From assembly GCA_043228905.1 (NCBI GenBank), contig JBHGNT010000163.1, forward strand, positions 1-62,875: a stretch of 62,875 nt of DNA, in the 5' to 3' direction. The notes below the pieces were generated by a model. That model did not search any database. It saw nothing but the letters and a program-made list of their open reading frames with translations, and was not told the DNA's origin. The translations under genes were made by a program, and so were the position numbers. The stretch comes from Azolla caroliniana. Taxonomy: Eukaryota > Plantae > Polypodiophyta. Every line of letters begins with the position of its first letter. Positions within the stretch are counted from its first letter, which is position 1. Shown here in pieces: positions 21,404-35,563 of the stretch.

Positions 21404-24400
21404 TCACACATTATATGTGTAATCACTATCATCCTCATCAAGTGCCTCAACATCTTTGCATACATCACCCAACTCTTCAAGATCAACAGCTGAGTATCCT
21501 ACACAATTCACATCTTTAGGTGTATCTGTCCCATCAGGTTTTACATTTCCAGATGTAAGGCCTGCATTTCTGGATGTGCTATTCACATCCCCAGGTGTAA
21601 TATCCACATTTCTGACTGCAGTACCATCGCCTACTTTTTCTGATTTGAACCAATGCATTGGGCCTGAATCTAGTTTCCTATACTCACCATTCCACACAAT
21701 TATCTGCTCTTTATCGAATGATAGCAAGACACAAGGCACTAGATCCTGCAACAATAAATGAAGAAATAAAAGAAAAACGTGAAAATAATTATCTCTGGTG
21801 ATTATCCATCTTCGTCAAAGATTTGCAGAAGTTGATAAATATTCTTCAAAAGATCTACCAAATCAGTCAGAAACTATCATATATAGAAAACACTTGTTTG
21901 CATTGAGACATACCCTCAATTTCCCACCGATCCTTTTATAGTCGCTTGTGTTAAGACCAGTGCAATCTATCCTTACGAGAACATCATCTTCAAAAGCTTC
22001 CCTCACATGACCCACAAGATCTCCATAGTAACCGTTTTTTGCTAAGAAATAGAGAAACAAATTGGTAAATATTGAGTTTGAGTTCTTTTTTCTTGTTATC
22101 TAGAGGGATGAAAAGAAGAAAAAGTAAAGGTACAAATCAAATAACTCACCAAGTTTGCAAAGTGGCATGATCCTGAGACCGCGTTTCCTTAGGAAATTCG
22201 CAACATGCACTTTCAAACCACCTGGTGCCTCTGTGATGAGCTTTGGATAGATGGGTGAATGTGGTTTCCACAACATTGGTGGAATGATCGGTCTCTCTTT
22301 ATAGCTATAGTTTCTACCCCTAAATAAATATAGAGTTCCACCAGCCCTTTCAATGATTTTTCCACCTGTCTTGTCCTGCCAATATCAGAACTGCAAGATT
22401 TTTTCATCATATTCACGATCTACTTGAAAAGATCTATTTACCTATTTTGCATACTATGAAAGCCCAAGTCTTCTAATTGATGATGCATTCACATTCATCA
22501 AGAAAAATATGTTTTTTCAAGGCATTCCATGTCAAATTTCGTCCAGTAAAATATGAGTATTTGAATTAAAATCTCTCACTTGACCCTAACCAGAACAGGC
22601 ATCAGCAGTTTGTTAATATAGCTTAACTTGGGCTTTTTTTCAGCATTCTTAACTTCTTACCTCAATTTGGAAGATCACATTTTCCATGTCAAGTGTCGGC
22701 ACTCCTTTACACCGTACGCGTACCACACACTCACGTTTCCAATGGTCATGGATTTCAATTAGTGTATTATGTGTCAGCCCATCCCTTCCTATACACAAAA
22801 CAGCGGAAAAATATGATTTGAAAGAACAACCAAATATCTCCCAGTCAATGATGGGATAATGGCATGATAAGCCTATGAATCCTACAGAAAGAAGTGAAAA
22901 TACAAAATTAGAAAACGAATTCTCTCACCAGTCCTACAGTCCCAGCTATTCCCACCTTTCCCTTCTACTGAATTTCAGTTTCCCTCACAAACTCTGAAAT
23001 ACACTCAAGTTTTTCTTTCTTTCCACAAATGCCCCTATGTTTGTGTTATTTCCCCAAAAGTTCTTTGTCAACCCTTGAAAAACGAAAGATGAGGATGAAT
23101 TGACCATATGATTGCTCAAATAGTGTATCTCATTGAAAATAAGGGAATTCATTCTCTATATAATTGCTCTTTCAGGAGTTTCCTAAAGTGATAATTTTTT
23201 TTTTTTAAAAAGAACGTGGAATCGGGCATGTACCAATGTTTAATTGTCTACGACTCTTAATCGAATGTTCCACGAGTTCCTTTATTTCTTCCTTTGTCAA
23301 AGGCTCTCCGAGGATCTCTTCTCGCGTCCTTTCGCTCTGAGGATGCCCACATGTAGCTATTGGGCTTGGGGGATTAACAAATTTTATTCCTTTTAAGCTG
23401 TATTTGCTTTCCCTTCTGTTCAATAATTGATGAATCCATCAGTATTTGGAAAATAAAAAGAAAAAACTAAATTTAGGGTCGAATTTCTTTAGTTGAATTA
23501 TTCGAAAATCACATTTAAACTTTGAAATTCCAGGGCAACAATACCCCTAAATTATGAGATGGTTTCGAAAAACAAATCTTCAAATAATTGAAAATCGATG
23601 TTAAAGTTTTGAATTTGACAGTAAAGACATATCTATATTATAGAACAAAAAAGCTTAAGACATTGAAATTTATATTTGAAATTTCTGAAATGTAGGTAAA
23701 GATACACCTATATTAGGAGATATTTTAGGAATTAAAATAATGTGATCATCTTTTTCAACCATGGGCTCGAACTTTACGAAGTTCTATGAAAATCTAACAA
23801 GTATGGATGAAGGTGAGATTGCATTTTCAAAATTCAACTTTACAGACATTCAGCAGAAGTAAAGAGGAAAAAATCAACATTTCAAACAGCCGACTTGATA
23901 TCAACAAAGATATAAAAGAAACAAATAATTTAAACAATTGTACATGAAAATTTAGATGAATGGTTTGAAATCACATTTTGGAAAAATTATATGGTTCGAC
24001 AACCCATCTTTATATTGATAAAGTTTTAATGAAAAGAAATACAGCATCAAATTTAGATGAAGGTTAACGAATTATATTGAACTTACTACTCAACAAAAGA
24101 TTAAAATAAACAATCTAAAACAGATTTTGGATGAAGGCTTAATGAAAGAATCATAGAAATTAAAAATTAAAAAACTTGACACGGTGAGAAGATTAAAAAA
24201 GAACACTTTCAGAGAACCAGACTCACTAATCCACTGGAGGAATAAGGTTTACTTACATTTTGGGTGAAAAAGGATAATTTTCAGCCACTGGGGTGGTTGT
24301 TAATGATGACCATGATGAAGAGGATGAAGAGACTGATACCATCTGCGACAATGATGAAGAAGATGAAGATGACAAAGAAGAATTCGGCAAAGCTTGTTGT

Positions 24401-24804
24401 CCATCCCACGCTCGATCCAATCGATTTGGACCGAATGGAGAGAACTTCTCTTGGAAGCCAACTGGATCTGATTTGGGCACCTCTGTATAACTATACCTAA
24501 ATGCAAAGGGCAAATCTGAATGAACAGGGGTTTTCGCTGTTAAATCTTCAAATTCAAAAGGTCCAGGAGGGCCTCTCTTCTTGTTCTTCTTCTCCTTTTT
24601 AGAAATCGTTGTCCTGTTCTTTTGGAAATCAATGAAATAATCTCCATCTCTGACCACCCTATCTTTGTCTGCGTATCCAACTCCATGACACTTTGATCTT
24701 TTGTTTGTTTGGCAAGAAACAGAGGAGAGTGTAGAAAGGGGAGACAGAGTGTGAGCCGTGATACCTGTGAGTTGCACATTCCACCTTCTCCTTCTGATGA
24801 ACAT
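21404..24804 (-). CDS. CRM-domain group II intron splicing factor, CRS2-associated factor family (mitochondrial mCSF-like), 6 exons, ~517 aa
   Basis: Exons 24804-24257, 23415-23234, 22788-22661, 22375-22150, 22041-21914, 21745-21404 (1554 nt). Motifs DLPFAFRYSYTE..FSPFGP.RLDR.W, ILGEPLT, GRDGLTHN, KGVPTLDM, LFRGRNY, MLWKP, AKNGYY, VRIDC, DLVPCVLLSF. The Arg-rich N-terminus resembles a transit peptide. Confidence 0.9.
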
Positions 24805-26429
24805 GGGATAGTGACCTAAAAGAAAACAATCTGTGTCTCTTTGTCTAGTCTCTGTTCTCTGATTGATTGATTGTCTATTTGTGTTGTCATTCACTAGATG
24901 AAGAAGGGTACCTAACTCTGTCCAAAACAGCAAAATAGCACCTTGTATGGACAAGATTGAAGACCATTCAGTAAGTGTTCATGAGAGATTAGATTAGCTA
25001 TACAATCCATGGGACAAAGACCATGCCTTGCCCATGCCAAGGGTCGAACTTACTTGGGCTCTCTGGACATTTGGACTTACGATACTCACGTATAAACCAT
25101 GTGAGCCTATGAGCAAAAGCGATAGCGAGATTTTGACAATGCATTGGTAGATACCTCCAGAGAGATTTTGGAGGTTCTTCAAAGGGAGAGTTAGTGCACA
25201 TGGAAGACCCAAGAACAACCTGCAAGAATGTCTTGTGAGAGCCTAGAGTTGGCCCATATGAAAAGCATGAGAAGCCACACAAAGCCCATGTATAAGGAGC
25301 CTTAGATTTTGTTGTCTGCCATAATCGGTTGCCTAAACCAATAATTGTAAAGGGTAATTGTAATGTTCTGTTCTTATGGGCTGCCGCACAACTTGATGAC
25401 AGCTTTTCATAAACCATCTCCCCATGATTATAACATTCCTTCGTAATAAATTGCTTTTAATTGTTCATAGCATAATGCCAACTATTTCTATATCTCGTAG
25501 TATTCACAAGCATGTGTACAATATATTGAATACAACGTGGTGTCATGCAAGGATATGGAATGCAAAACCACAACATAAACGTGCTCTCTGGATGATGCTA
25601 CTTCAAGAAGATGGTCATCCATACACAAATGTGGGCCATGGATGATCCTACAAGAAGAGATGATAGTCCTTGGATGGGTTTTGCATGTCAACGTACATGT
25701 CATGCATGGGTTGGGCCCAAAATTGGTTTTAATTACAAGAGGTTTTCCACCCACTTACTCATGTATTACCCAACAGGGTAGGGGGTACATTGGTTACACT
25801 GGCCTATGCTTTTGTGTGCTCTAAACTATCATCAAACTTGTAACAACCAAGGGAATATGATCGAGAAGTGCCATTAAGTTTGCCCATTGCATTTTACTTC
25901 CTTTTTTTCGTTCATTCAGAGGTTCTATCATTTAGAGATAACATTTTACATCGCGTATAAAAATGGCGGAACACAACCAATGTGAAGCTGTTTACTTTAT
26001 GATTTCCAAAGGAATTAATTTTACATACACCAACAAAAGAATGAATACGGCCTCATTTTGGTACACAAAGAGAAAAAGAATGTCTTGAGTGCTTTGTTTT
26101 GGTACACATAGAGCGCCAAGCTTTTGCACAATGCAATGGCATTTGCATGCAGAACCTACGTTTATGTTAGACCTTAGGAAAGGAGAAAAACTTGATCATC
26201 AAACACTATATGTTGGCGAACAGTGTGCCCTCAACCCCGGTATTGTGGGCATTCGAAGAAACCTAAGGGTGTTTTAGCATTTGTTACCATTGAATCATGT
26301 TGGATTTTTCAATGAAACCTCTTTTGATGAGAGTTTCTTGTTTATACATCCCTCTGCTCTTAAGTACCTAAGGACTATATCGGGTTTCCTCAATGGTTCT
26401 TAACTGAAACCCGATGTAGGGGGTCAATA

Positions 26430-28320
26430 CTAATACACTCTACCATCTTCGGCTTCGGAATTATCTTCTTCACTGTATAATTCATGTGATGAATCTCCCC
26501 GGAACTTTATCTCTCCACTGTGAATATACCTGCAGGTGTCAGAAGGTAAGTTGGATGCAAGTTTTTGTTGCTGGGATCCTTCATTACCATATCCTTGAGG
26601 TACCCAAATACCACCCAACACTACTAATTGAGGAACATCATGGGATATTGTTGTTTTCCCAAAGCTTCCATCTACTTGTCTTCTTGTATGTAACCTATAT
26701 TTCTACAAAACCAACAACCAAAAGGATGATATAAGATTAGTTCCATTATTATTAGCTTGAGTTAATTTCTAATCTCTGAACAAACAAAATCTAGACTGAC
26801 ACAAAGTGTTACCTGAAGGTGGCTTTTCACTTCATCATTTGTCAAGTCATCGACATTCATAAGTTCTCGGATTTGCTTTGGAGTCGCGCCTGCGATTGAT
26901 ACATTCAAATTACGAGGAGTTAGAAACACAAATTTAAATAGAGGAACTTGGAAGGCACATATTATGTCATAATGGGAATCAATCACAATCTGAAAATATC
27001 TAAACATGCTTTTTCTGCAATTTCATGTTGAATGTGGAGCCTTTAGGTCATGTTTACATACACTGAGATCCGCCGAGTTGATGGAGAGCATGGACAAATC
27101 TCCGATGAAGCTCAGGGGACCAACACCTTCTTTGCTTTCTGCTATGTTGGGTAGCATTGTTGGCACGAGTCGGCGGCGTGGTTTTACTGTTGGTATTTGT
27201 AACCATAACAGCTGGGTAATTCCCCTGATTTATATTAGGGGATGATGTTCTCTCTGCATAATCTTCTTTATCTCCAATGGCAGGTGATGACACTTCACAA
27301 GGAGACTGTTGTTCTAGTGCTGATATATTTGATGCAGTTTTGGTTTTCAAGAAGGGCATGAAAGCCCCTCCTCTCCGTTCACAACTAATCGGGATAGGTT
27401 TCATAATGCTACTACTGTTGCAATAAGTAATGTCTCCACCACCCATGGCAGAAACCATCTGGAACACACCAGAAAACACATCAATATATAGTGCTATATA
27501 TATATACATATATGTGAATGGTAGGTCTATTCGATCTACGCCGAATTCACAACAAGCAATGCACATAATGCATTCATTTCCATATACACAATCATTCATA
27601 CTGTCGATGACCAGAGAGATACTAGAATATCCATTACATTTTTCTCAATAGAATTATGATATATAACTAGGCTTAAATCCCATTCCACAATTTTAATCAT
27701 CCGTGAAATGAAGATGATGATTGTCTCGTTACCTCTTCACCATGGGCATATGCTTCTTCGAGGCTCCAGAACTTAGTAGTTTGAGCGGTTGTTCCATTGA
27801 TCCTCGGACTCGCTTCTTCCGAACTCAGACCTTTTGGCGTGCCCAATCCATTCAGGGGCCGGAAAATGGTATCGATATTGATGTCCTCATTGATGGGGGT
27901 GACAGGATGATTTGAGATCACTTCTTGATCCTTGGAGTTGGAAGCTGAGTTTTGGAAGTTGTTAGCAAGTTTCTCCTTGGAAGCCTCTATTGCTACAGTT
28001 ACAGGAGATTAATGTATAAGAATCAACATATACATACAGAGAGATATAGTGAGGGGAAAAAAGAGAGAAATATGTATGTGTAGATAGTTACCACTTGTGA
28101 GTAGAGTCATGCAAAAAGGGAGCTCTCTCTTGAATGCTTCAATCTTCTTCCTTTCTGCCTCGAGAGATTCCACATAGTGCTCAAGTTCAAGTAGCTTTGA
28201 TGTGTTGGAGTCACGAGCTCCACTGTCACCGTCATTGTTCATATATGGCATTAACCCTAATGTTAGCTCTGCATGATTCGAACCCATGATGACTTGGTGA
28301 TGATCTTTATATAATAACAT
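26430..28320 (-). CDS. GARP/G2-like MYB transcription factor of the HHO/HRS1/NIGT1 clade, 5 exons, ~411 aa
   Basis: Exons 28320-28092, 27992-27733, 27458-27062, 26889-26813, 26702-26430 (1236 nt). Motifs [59 protein letters not shown]...[28 protein letters not shown]; N-terminal ELTLGL is EAR-like. Confidence 0.93.
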
Positions 28321-29591
28321 CAATATGCGTAATATTGATAGCCAAAATAAGTTTTTATACTTATAATTTCCTTTATCTTCAAGGCTTAGATCTCATGTGC
28401 AGGGAATTCTTCTTACTGTTTACAGATTTGGGTTCTGCAGAATGGTAAACCAGAGAAGTGGCTATTGGTTATTCCTCAGATTGTGAAGAGATTTCAGGTA
28501 TGGAGTCTTCGAAATTGGATGAATCAGAGATGAAGATGGGTGAAATAAAAAGAAATCGTGTGAGATAATCAAATGGGTTTCCCGCAGGAAAATGTTTATT
28601 ATTATTATTATATAAATTTCAGGTATATGATTGAAGAATTACAGATATGGGTTCAACTGAAGATTTGCAGAATCTGGATGGGTGTCGGCTCAAGATCTTT
28701 AGAAGGAAGGGCAGATATGGGTAATGGGTTCTTCAGAGATAAATTTAGGGATGGGGGTTCTTCAGAGGATTGAAGAAATTTGGAGGATTTTGAAGGATTT
28801 GGGAGAGGGAGGGGTACAGAGCTAAATATAAGAATGAGAGAGGGATGATGTAGAGAGAGAGAGAGAGAGAGAGAAAGAAAGGGGAGGGGTATGGATAGAA
28901 ATTAAAGATATACTTGGGGGGGGGTGTATGCATACAAGCACTTGTCGGACAATGCCGAACCGACACAGAAATCTTGTCTTTCGTCCGTCCCTGGATCAAC
29001 CCGACCAGAAGGCAAGCTACTGATGGGAGGGGCTCTCTCCTCAGATTTGCGGGAAATCAATCCCCCCAACCCAATAACAATGTCTGATGATGATGATGCA
29101 AAGAATGTGCGCGCGCGCAAAAGAGAGAAGAGAAGAGATGGCACAAGATTAGCGACAAACTTTCGTATGGAAGAGAAACAAGAGCCCTCGGGATGGTGTG
29201 TTAAGGGGAGAGCATTAGGGGATCGCAGTAGAGTATATCCCTTTTCGATTGAAGAGTCTCCTTATCTTAGTGTTTGGTACAATAGAATCTTGAAAATAAT
29301 ATTCCGTCGTACATACCCTCTCTTCAAAGTTCATGCATAAAGAGACACTTCTCTGTGTGCGTGAGTGAGTGAGCGAGTGAGTGGAGGGCACAAAAAATGT
29401 TGAATAAATGGGTTTTGAATCTTGCATCATCGTGTGGATCCCAACCTTTAACATCTCTCTCTTTTGGTGAGAGCTAAAAAAAGAGAGCCCAAAAGACTGA
29501 TTTTATGGAAATTTACCGAAGTACCCCTTGTTAATTATTCGCAATTTTCCGCTAGTGTTCTCCTTCATATCTTTTGAATCCTCCTTTACCG

Positions 29592-29651
<60 letters not shown>

Positions 29652-29790
29652 CCTCCACAATAGAGAGAACAAATACGTTGTCCATGCCGAGAATTTCGAA
29701 ACGTGAGTGGTATATTGGGAATCCCGTGAACACGACGTATATTTTAAGGATTTCATGAACGAATAGAGTGGAGACTCCCAGAGTATCCCC

Positions 29791-29925
29791 ATAGGAATAT
29801 TAGACCCTTAGGAGTATCTCTCTAGGAATATTAGACCCTTACAAGTATCTCTACAAGAATATTAGACGCTTGGAGTATCGTAGCAAGAATATTAGAGCCT
29901 TGGAGTATCTAAGTAGGAATATTAT
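29791..29925. repeat. ~30-32-bp minisatellite x4.5 upstream of the HHO gene
   Basis: A(G/A)GAATATTAGACCCTT.GGAGTATC units in tandem. Confidence 0.85.
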
Positions 29926-32900
29926 GGTGCAAAAATACGTTTGAGTTTTTCAATTCCAATACATAATCCTATACATCCGTTATCTAATCGCGTACATGTT
30001 TCGCCTACTTTCTATGTGCATGTTGTTTGTGTCTCCATTCAATGACTCCAAGGATTCTTTGCTCTTCGTGTTACAATATTGCCCAAACAAAAACGGTTGG
30101 GGATCCGTTAATTGTGTAAATGAACATAAATTGATGGGGAAATTGGAACAAGAGAGTTAAAAGCAATAAAAAAGACAAAAATGTTTGCGGTTTGTGGAGT
30201 AGATGTTTGGCACATGCACTAGGATAATTAACACATGAAGGTTTGGTCTATCTATGGATAAAGGGATGGTAAATTATAAGTGTTTTTATGTAAGGCTAGA
30301 TTCACATGAAATGGCCGGCCATAGGTGAGTGCCCTTATTATGGAAACGTGAAAACGAAGTGACATCATTGATCGGGTTACAGAATGTGGGTATGAAGTTG
30401 GTCTATATGGAGTAATGACATTTGTGAAACAAGATGGAGATATTAGGCCACATACAAAGCTCATGATTCATATGCTTCATCTCGCAATGTTCACATGAGT
30501 TGTTTGCTTGGTTAAGGGATATTTCTTGCAGTTGAAGTAATTTAGAAGTAATTTAGGACACCACAGATTGATGAATATATGGCATTGGTTTCACAACTAT
30601 TTCCATGTAAAAGTTTGGGGACGGGGGGTTCTCTATAGAAAGTGTAACTTTTACCACATGAAATAAACATAATGTATTTGTTACATAGAGCTTTTACTTA
30701 CATAATAGTGCCATATGACAAGGCTGTTTACATGCCACATAAAAAATGATGTATTTAATTCATGGAATATGTATCGAAAGAGGTTTTAAACCAAGCCTTG
30801 AACATGCATGATAATAGAGGTTCACATAGAGTGAATCCCATGAGCATTTGGGCCTCTAATTTTTAATTGTTCTTTTTACCAATCCCCAACTTCTTCGTGT
30901 ATCTATGTGAGATGCCTATCTAGAGAGAATACCATAAAAAACATGCTAGTAGGAAGTAGAACCAAGATTTGTCCACCCATTTTGATTTTATAAGGCCTTG
31001 CTTAGTACATGAACACTATGTGGACATGCCTTGCCTTGAATTATTTAAAATGTAGTACATTTGAGTTGCTTGATTTAACCATTATACATACAACATAGCT
31101 CACTCAATCAAAACTTATAGTTAGCCACTTTCACTTTCGGTGGAGTTCAAATTGTGCTATATGTTTGTCGGTCTGAGGACAGACTAAATTAGATAATGCA
31201 TAATCGTAATGGTATATGTTCTTGAAAGAAAAAAAAAAAAGGTTCATTTGAGCATTGGGAAATGCATAACACACATATGTACAAGTTTGTCTCGTTGTAC
31301 TACACCATGTCTCCTTATTGCCACAATAAAGAAAAAAGAACAAAAGAAAAAAGAGATTCATTTCAAGACAGCGTGTATAAAACGTGGAAGTTCGACATAT
31401 TGATATGCACCAATAATCTCGTCATAAGTTTCCACACCAAACTAAGAAATGGTGGAGTCCCACACAACCAAAGGGATACCCTTTGAATATCCCATGGATA
31501 TTCTTTACTCGTATATCTTATGAATCTTCTTCCTCGGAATATGCATTTAACATCATTTATGTGTACGAATATTTATATTTTATTTAATGGAGACATACTT
31601 GTTGGACTCCGGTGTGGAATGACCTGCCATCTCATCCACGTTTATTTTTAAGAAACTAAATGTTGAAAATAAAAGGAAAAAGATAACACATCACTTCACA
31701 TGGATAAGAGACTTGACTTTTTAGGAAATGTTACATGAACGTAGACAAATCTAAAGCGATCATCGAGACCATCAAATCAAGGCATATCATATATGTGTGT
31801 GGTTTTGGTTGAGCTCAACCTCTATATGAACTTCTTGCTTGAGTTTTATGAGATTTAGTTTGAAACAAGAAATCCACTAAATGATATTCATTGTCTATCA
31901 GAATTTGACTTGTAGATTTCCATCTTTATACTTATATATACTTTGTATGGAACACATCTTGCAACAACAACAAAAAACTTAATGTTACAAGGTAGAATAC
32001 CTAGAACCCATTATAGCTCTAATCGTTCATTCGTGTTGGCCATTTATAATGAAGCACTCATATCCAATCCAATGCGTGCTCAAAGTTGATCAAACTCCAT
32101 GGATAATAATTAATTTATTTATCTACCATTCTTCTACTAGTTAAATGCTTTGCCATTTCATTGTATATCTATCTAATGCATCGAAATAAAACACTCCCAT
32201 ACATGAAATTAACAAATATATGAGTTATGTAAAATAGTCATTATTTGAAAAGAATGCCATCATCGCGACCTTGGTGGAGTCATAATCTCTTGCCTTGAGG
32301 AGATTGTAAAATCATGATATTATTATTCAAAACATTGTACTTTCATCTTAACCCCTGAATAAAAATGTAGTGCCAAAGCTTGCAAAAGACAATGTCATGA
32401 CGCACATCTTGTCTACTATGCAACATGTAAAGTGATGGTATGATGGATATCTTGCATAATAACCACATGAATGAGGAAACGTGAACCGTGTTGATGATGT
32501 AGAAGCCTGGAAGGATATTGTTGTCCATATCTCGTTTATATCACTCTAACACATTAGGGTAACCTAATTAATAAGTGGGGCTTTATTAAATTTTGCCTTC
32601 ACTCCACTACAAAAGGTAGCAATGCCCTTCCTAGAATGCATTGACGAACGAGTTCTCTTTAGTTATTTTTGCTATGTGTGACCACTAAATGTTTTCTTTG
32701 TGCTAATATTTAGTGTTTACATGAACATTGATGATGCTTAAGAAGAATGATGTTGACATTGTACTCGGCACATGGCATTTGATGGAAATTGTGGCTTACA
32801 TTATTGGAGAACTACAAATCAATATGCATTATTAAATAAAAAGGAGTAATGAAATTGATACAAGAATCATCTTAAAACATATGTTTTCTTTGTAGAGGAA

Positions 32901-33699
32901 TGCTTGGACACTAATGCACTTTCAAGAACAATATATCAATTTGAAGGTTAGTATTTGTTGTAAGTGATTAGATTTCCATATTTGAATTCAAGTGAATCAT
33001 CATATTGTTGTCCACGTCCAATTCTGAAACTATTAGATCATAATTATAGAGTGAACTAATCCATGATAACCCTTGACTTTAGACCTTGACATTCAATACG
33101 TTGACAAAATTGCAAAATCCATTATAGATTTGCTAGGAAAGTAATGAATAGGACTTTCCATCTATGTGTCATCCACGCGATGTTGGTTGCCCAAAGCGAA
33201 TTATTTACTATATAGAAAATTGAAAATTGAATTTCTTGATTATTTAAATATTGATCCTATGATGACTATTCAACATTGTGTATTACTTCAGGAAATTTCC
33301 ATGTATAACTTGACATGTAAGACCAAGCCATAGGCATAGGGGATATAAAAACCAAAACGACAAGGAGAGGAGCTCCTTCCAATTACATCAATCATTGGAG
33401 ACGCTTGAAGAGCCTATATAAGTCCAAGCAAGGAAGACGAAAAGAGATGGACTTGAGATAGGCCAAAGGTATGCTAGTTTATAGATCCAATCCCCATAAC
33501 AAAGAAACTATGAGGGTGGACTCAATGGAGGCATGATATTTTTTGAACCTTAAGCATCTATTCAACAACCTTTTCCATGGCCATGATCTCAATGGGAAGC
33601 GATCCCATGGCAAGGAGGGTGTATAACGTTTATTTCTTAACTTGTAGAAACTTTGTAAGAAAATGTTTTTGGACTTTGAAGAAACATTACTAAAGGATT

Positions 33700-34050
33700 C
33701 TATTTCTTTTGTTCGGTGGAATTGGAACATAGTAGGCATCGATTTATTTCATGCCTGATGGCAAGGATGGTTTGGAGGTATATTAGTTTAGTGTGGATGT
33801 CTCTAACAGGAGTAAGTCTATCTTCCTTTAGTTGGGTTTTTGCACATATGGAGAACAATGAAGCGATGCCTCATTTTCAAATTATTTTTGAGTTCTTGAG
33901 GTATTGGGGGCTATGGTTCAATTGGAATATGCGGAATGCCTTCATTTTTTATTCGCAAGTTGGGGTGAGAAAATATGTTCTAAAGTTAACAAGACTTCTT
34001 TTATGGCAATTGACAGTGCTAGAGAAGTCACGAAATCTCAACTAGGAAGA
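33700..34050 (+). mobile_element. Possible highly degenerate LINE (L1) 3' remnant
   Basis: Translation HRFISCLMARMVWRYI resembles the H...C..A..VW pattern at the end of zf-RVT; weak. Confidence 0.3.
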
Positions 34051-34243
34051 GAGAGAACTCTGCAAGGTCACATATCATCATACTCACCATTTTTATTGGT
34101 GTGTAGGGTGGCATTGAGTTTGGTGTCGTAGTATTCTTTAGATCCCTTGATAGAAGGTTTCTATACTTTGTAGTAAGTTAGTCATGGTGGTGTTTTTTTC
34201 TTTCGTAATGAAAACCATTATTTACGAAGAGAGAGAGAGAGAG

Positions 34244-34430
34244 CAAGCGAGCCCAAATGGATGTAGTTCAGTTGGTAAGGTTGCCCAAACCCCTACATTC
34301 CACGGTGGCAACTAGTGATTTAAGAGATATGTATGAAGTATATAATAGAGAAGTGAGAAAATTAGGCTTCGAACCCAAAACATAGTGCTTATAGTGTAAT
34401 AACTTACCAATAGGATAAGCTAATTACGAT

Positions 34431-34432
<2 letters not shown>
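34244..34432. mobile_element. Small insertion in an (AG)n tract with tRNA-like (SINE-like) ends
   Basis: A-box-like GTAGTTCAGTTGGTA on + at ~34263. On the minus strand, TAGCTTATCCTATTGGTA...GGGTTCGAA from ~34422 to ~34368. AG repeats lie on both sides. Confidence 0.4.
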
Positions 34433-34476
<44 letters not shown>

Positions 34477-35030
34477 CCTTGAAGAGTTACCTCACTTTTC
34501 TTTTATTCACCATTCCTAGAGCCGTGTTCCTAATTGGTTGTTTTCTAAGCATTGTGTTATTCTAACCACATAGCATTAATGATAAGACTTCATTATCCTT
34601 TGATCTATGATGATCTAAATAATTTTGTGATATTTTATCGAGCTCGATATGTAGAGTGTGTTGATTGCATGATCATAAGTTACCAAGTAATCTTGTCTTA
34701 ACGCAGTTTTGGTAATGTGTGTGTGATGGCCACCTATCATTGGCTATTGGTTTTCGATCTCCACCTGACAATGACCACCAATAACCATAATCCTTCGATA
34801 TGATGTTTGACCCCTAGTTGTTTGATGAAAAGTACCATTGCTGACCACAATGAGTAGCAACTTACACCAAAGTGGACTACTAGATTGAATGTTGTTCAAA
34901 GGCCCCAAGGTTCACCATGAGCACATTCTCATGATGCCACATGCCTCCTTGACACAACACACAGAGGGAAGACACCAAAACGAGCTTCCGCATCTCTTAC
35001 TTGACCATTAGTACCTTTCATTTGGCATTG

Positions 35031-35404
35031 TGTTGAGAATCAAGCTCAACTTGGTCTAGTGTGTGAACTCACCTTGAGAGTGAATAGACACTCCAACGGT
35101 CAAGAGTCACCATTAAGTCACCACTTTGTATTCTAGCATTTAGTATGAGTCATAGAATCATATTCTATGACACATAACTTATGAGCTTTCACATTCCCCA
35201 TGCTCCATGAGTCTTGTGGTTAATGAAGAGAGAGGGTTACTATATAAAGCACCCTCCTCCCACCTTGTATTGAGTTGAGTCTTTCTCCTTTGTTAATACA
35301 ATCTACCTTGCGTATATTCTGTGTGTGTGTGTGTGTGTGTGTGTGTCTCTCTCTCTCACACACACGCACGCACGTAACACAAGAATCATACCCGATTCTT
35401 TACA
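35031..35404 (+). repeat. Copia 5' LTR
   Basis: TGTTGAGAATCAAG...CGATTCTTTACA; near-identical to 41074-41461; contains TATATAAA. Confidence 0.95.
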
Positions 35405-35563
35405 TGGTATCAGAGCGATTTGGTAGTTCGATCTAGCCCATTCGCCTCATTGTGATCGTGTGTTGTGCTCCACGCCAACGACCAAGAACCGGCTCATCGC
35501 TATCGTAGCTTCGCTACATAGCTCGCATTCGAAGAGAGAAGAAGAAGAAGAAGAATCGACATA

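Noticed and set aside
32250-32530. Possible LINE reverse-transcriptase remnant on the minus strand
   Set aside because: Only faint motif echoes; too degenerate to support.
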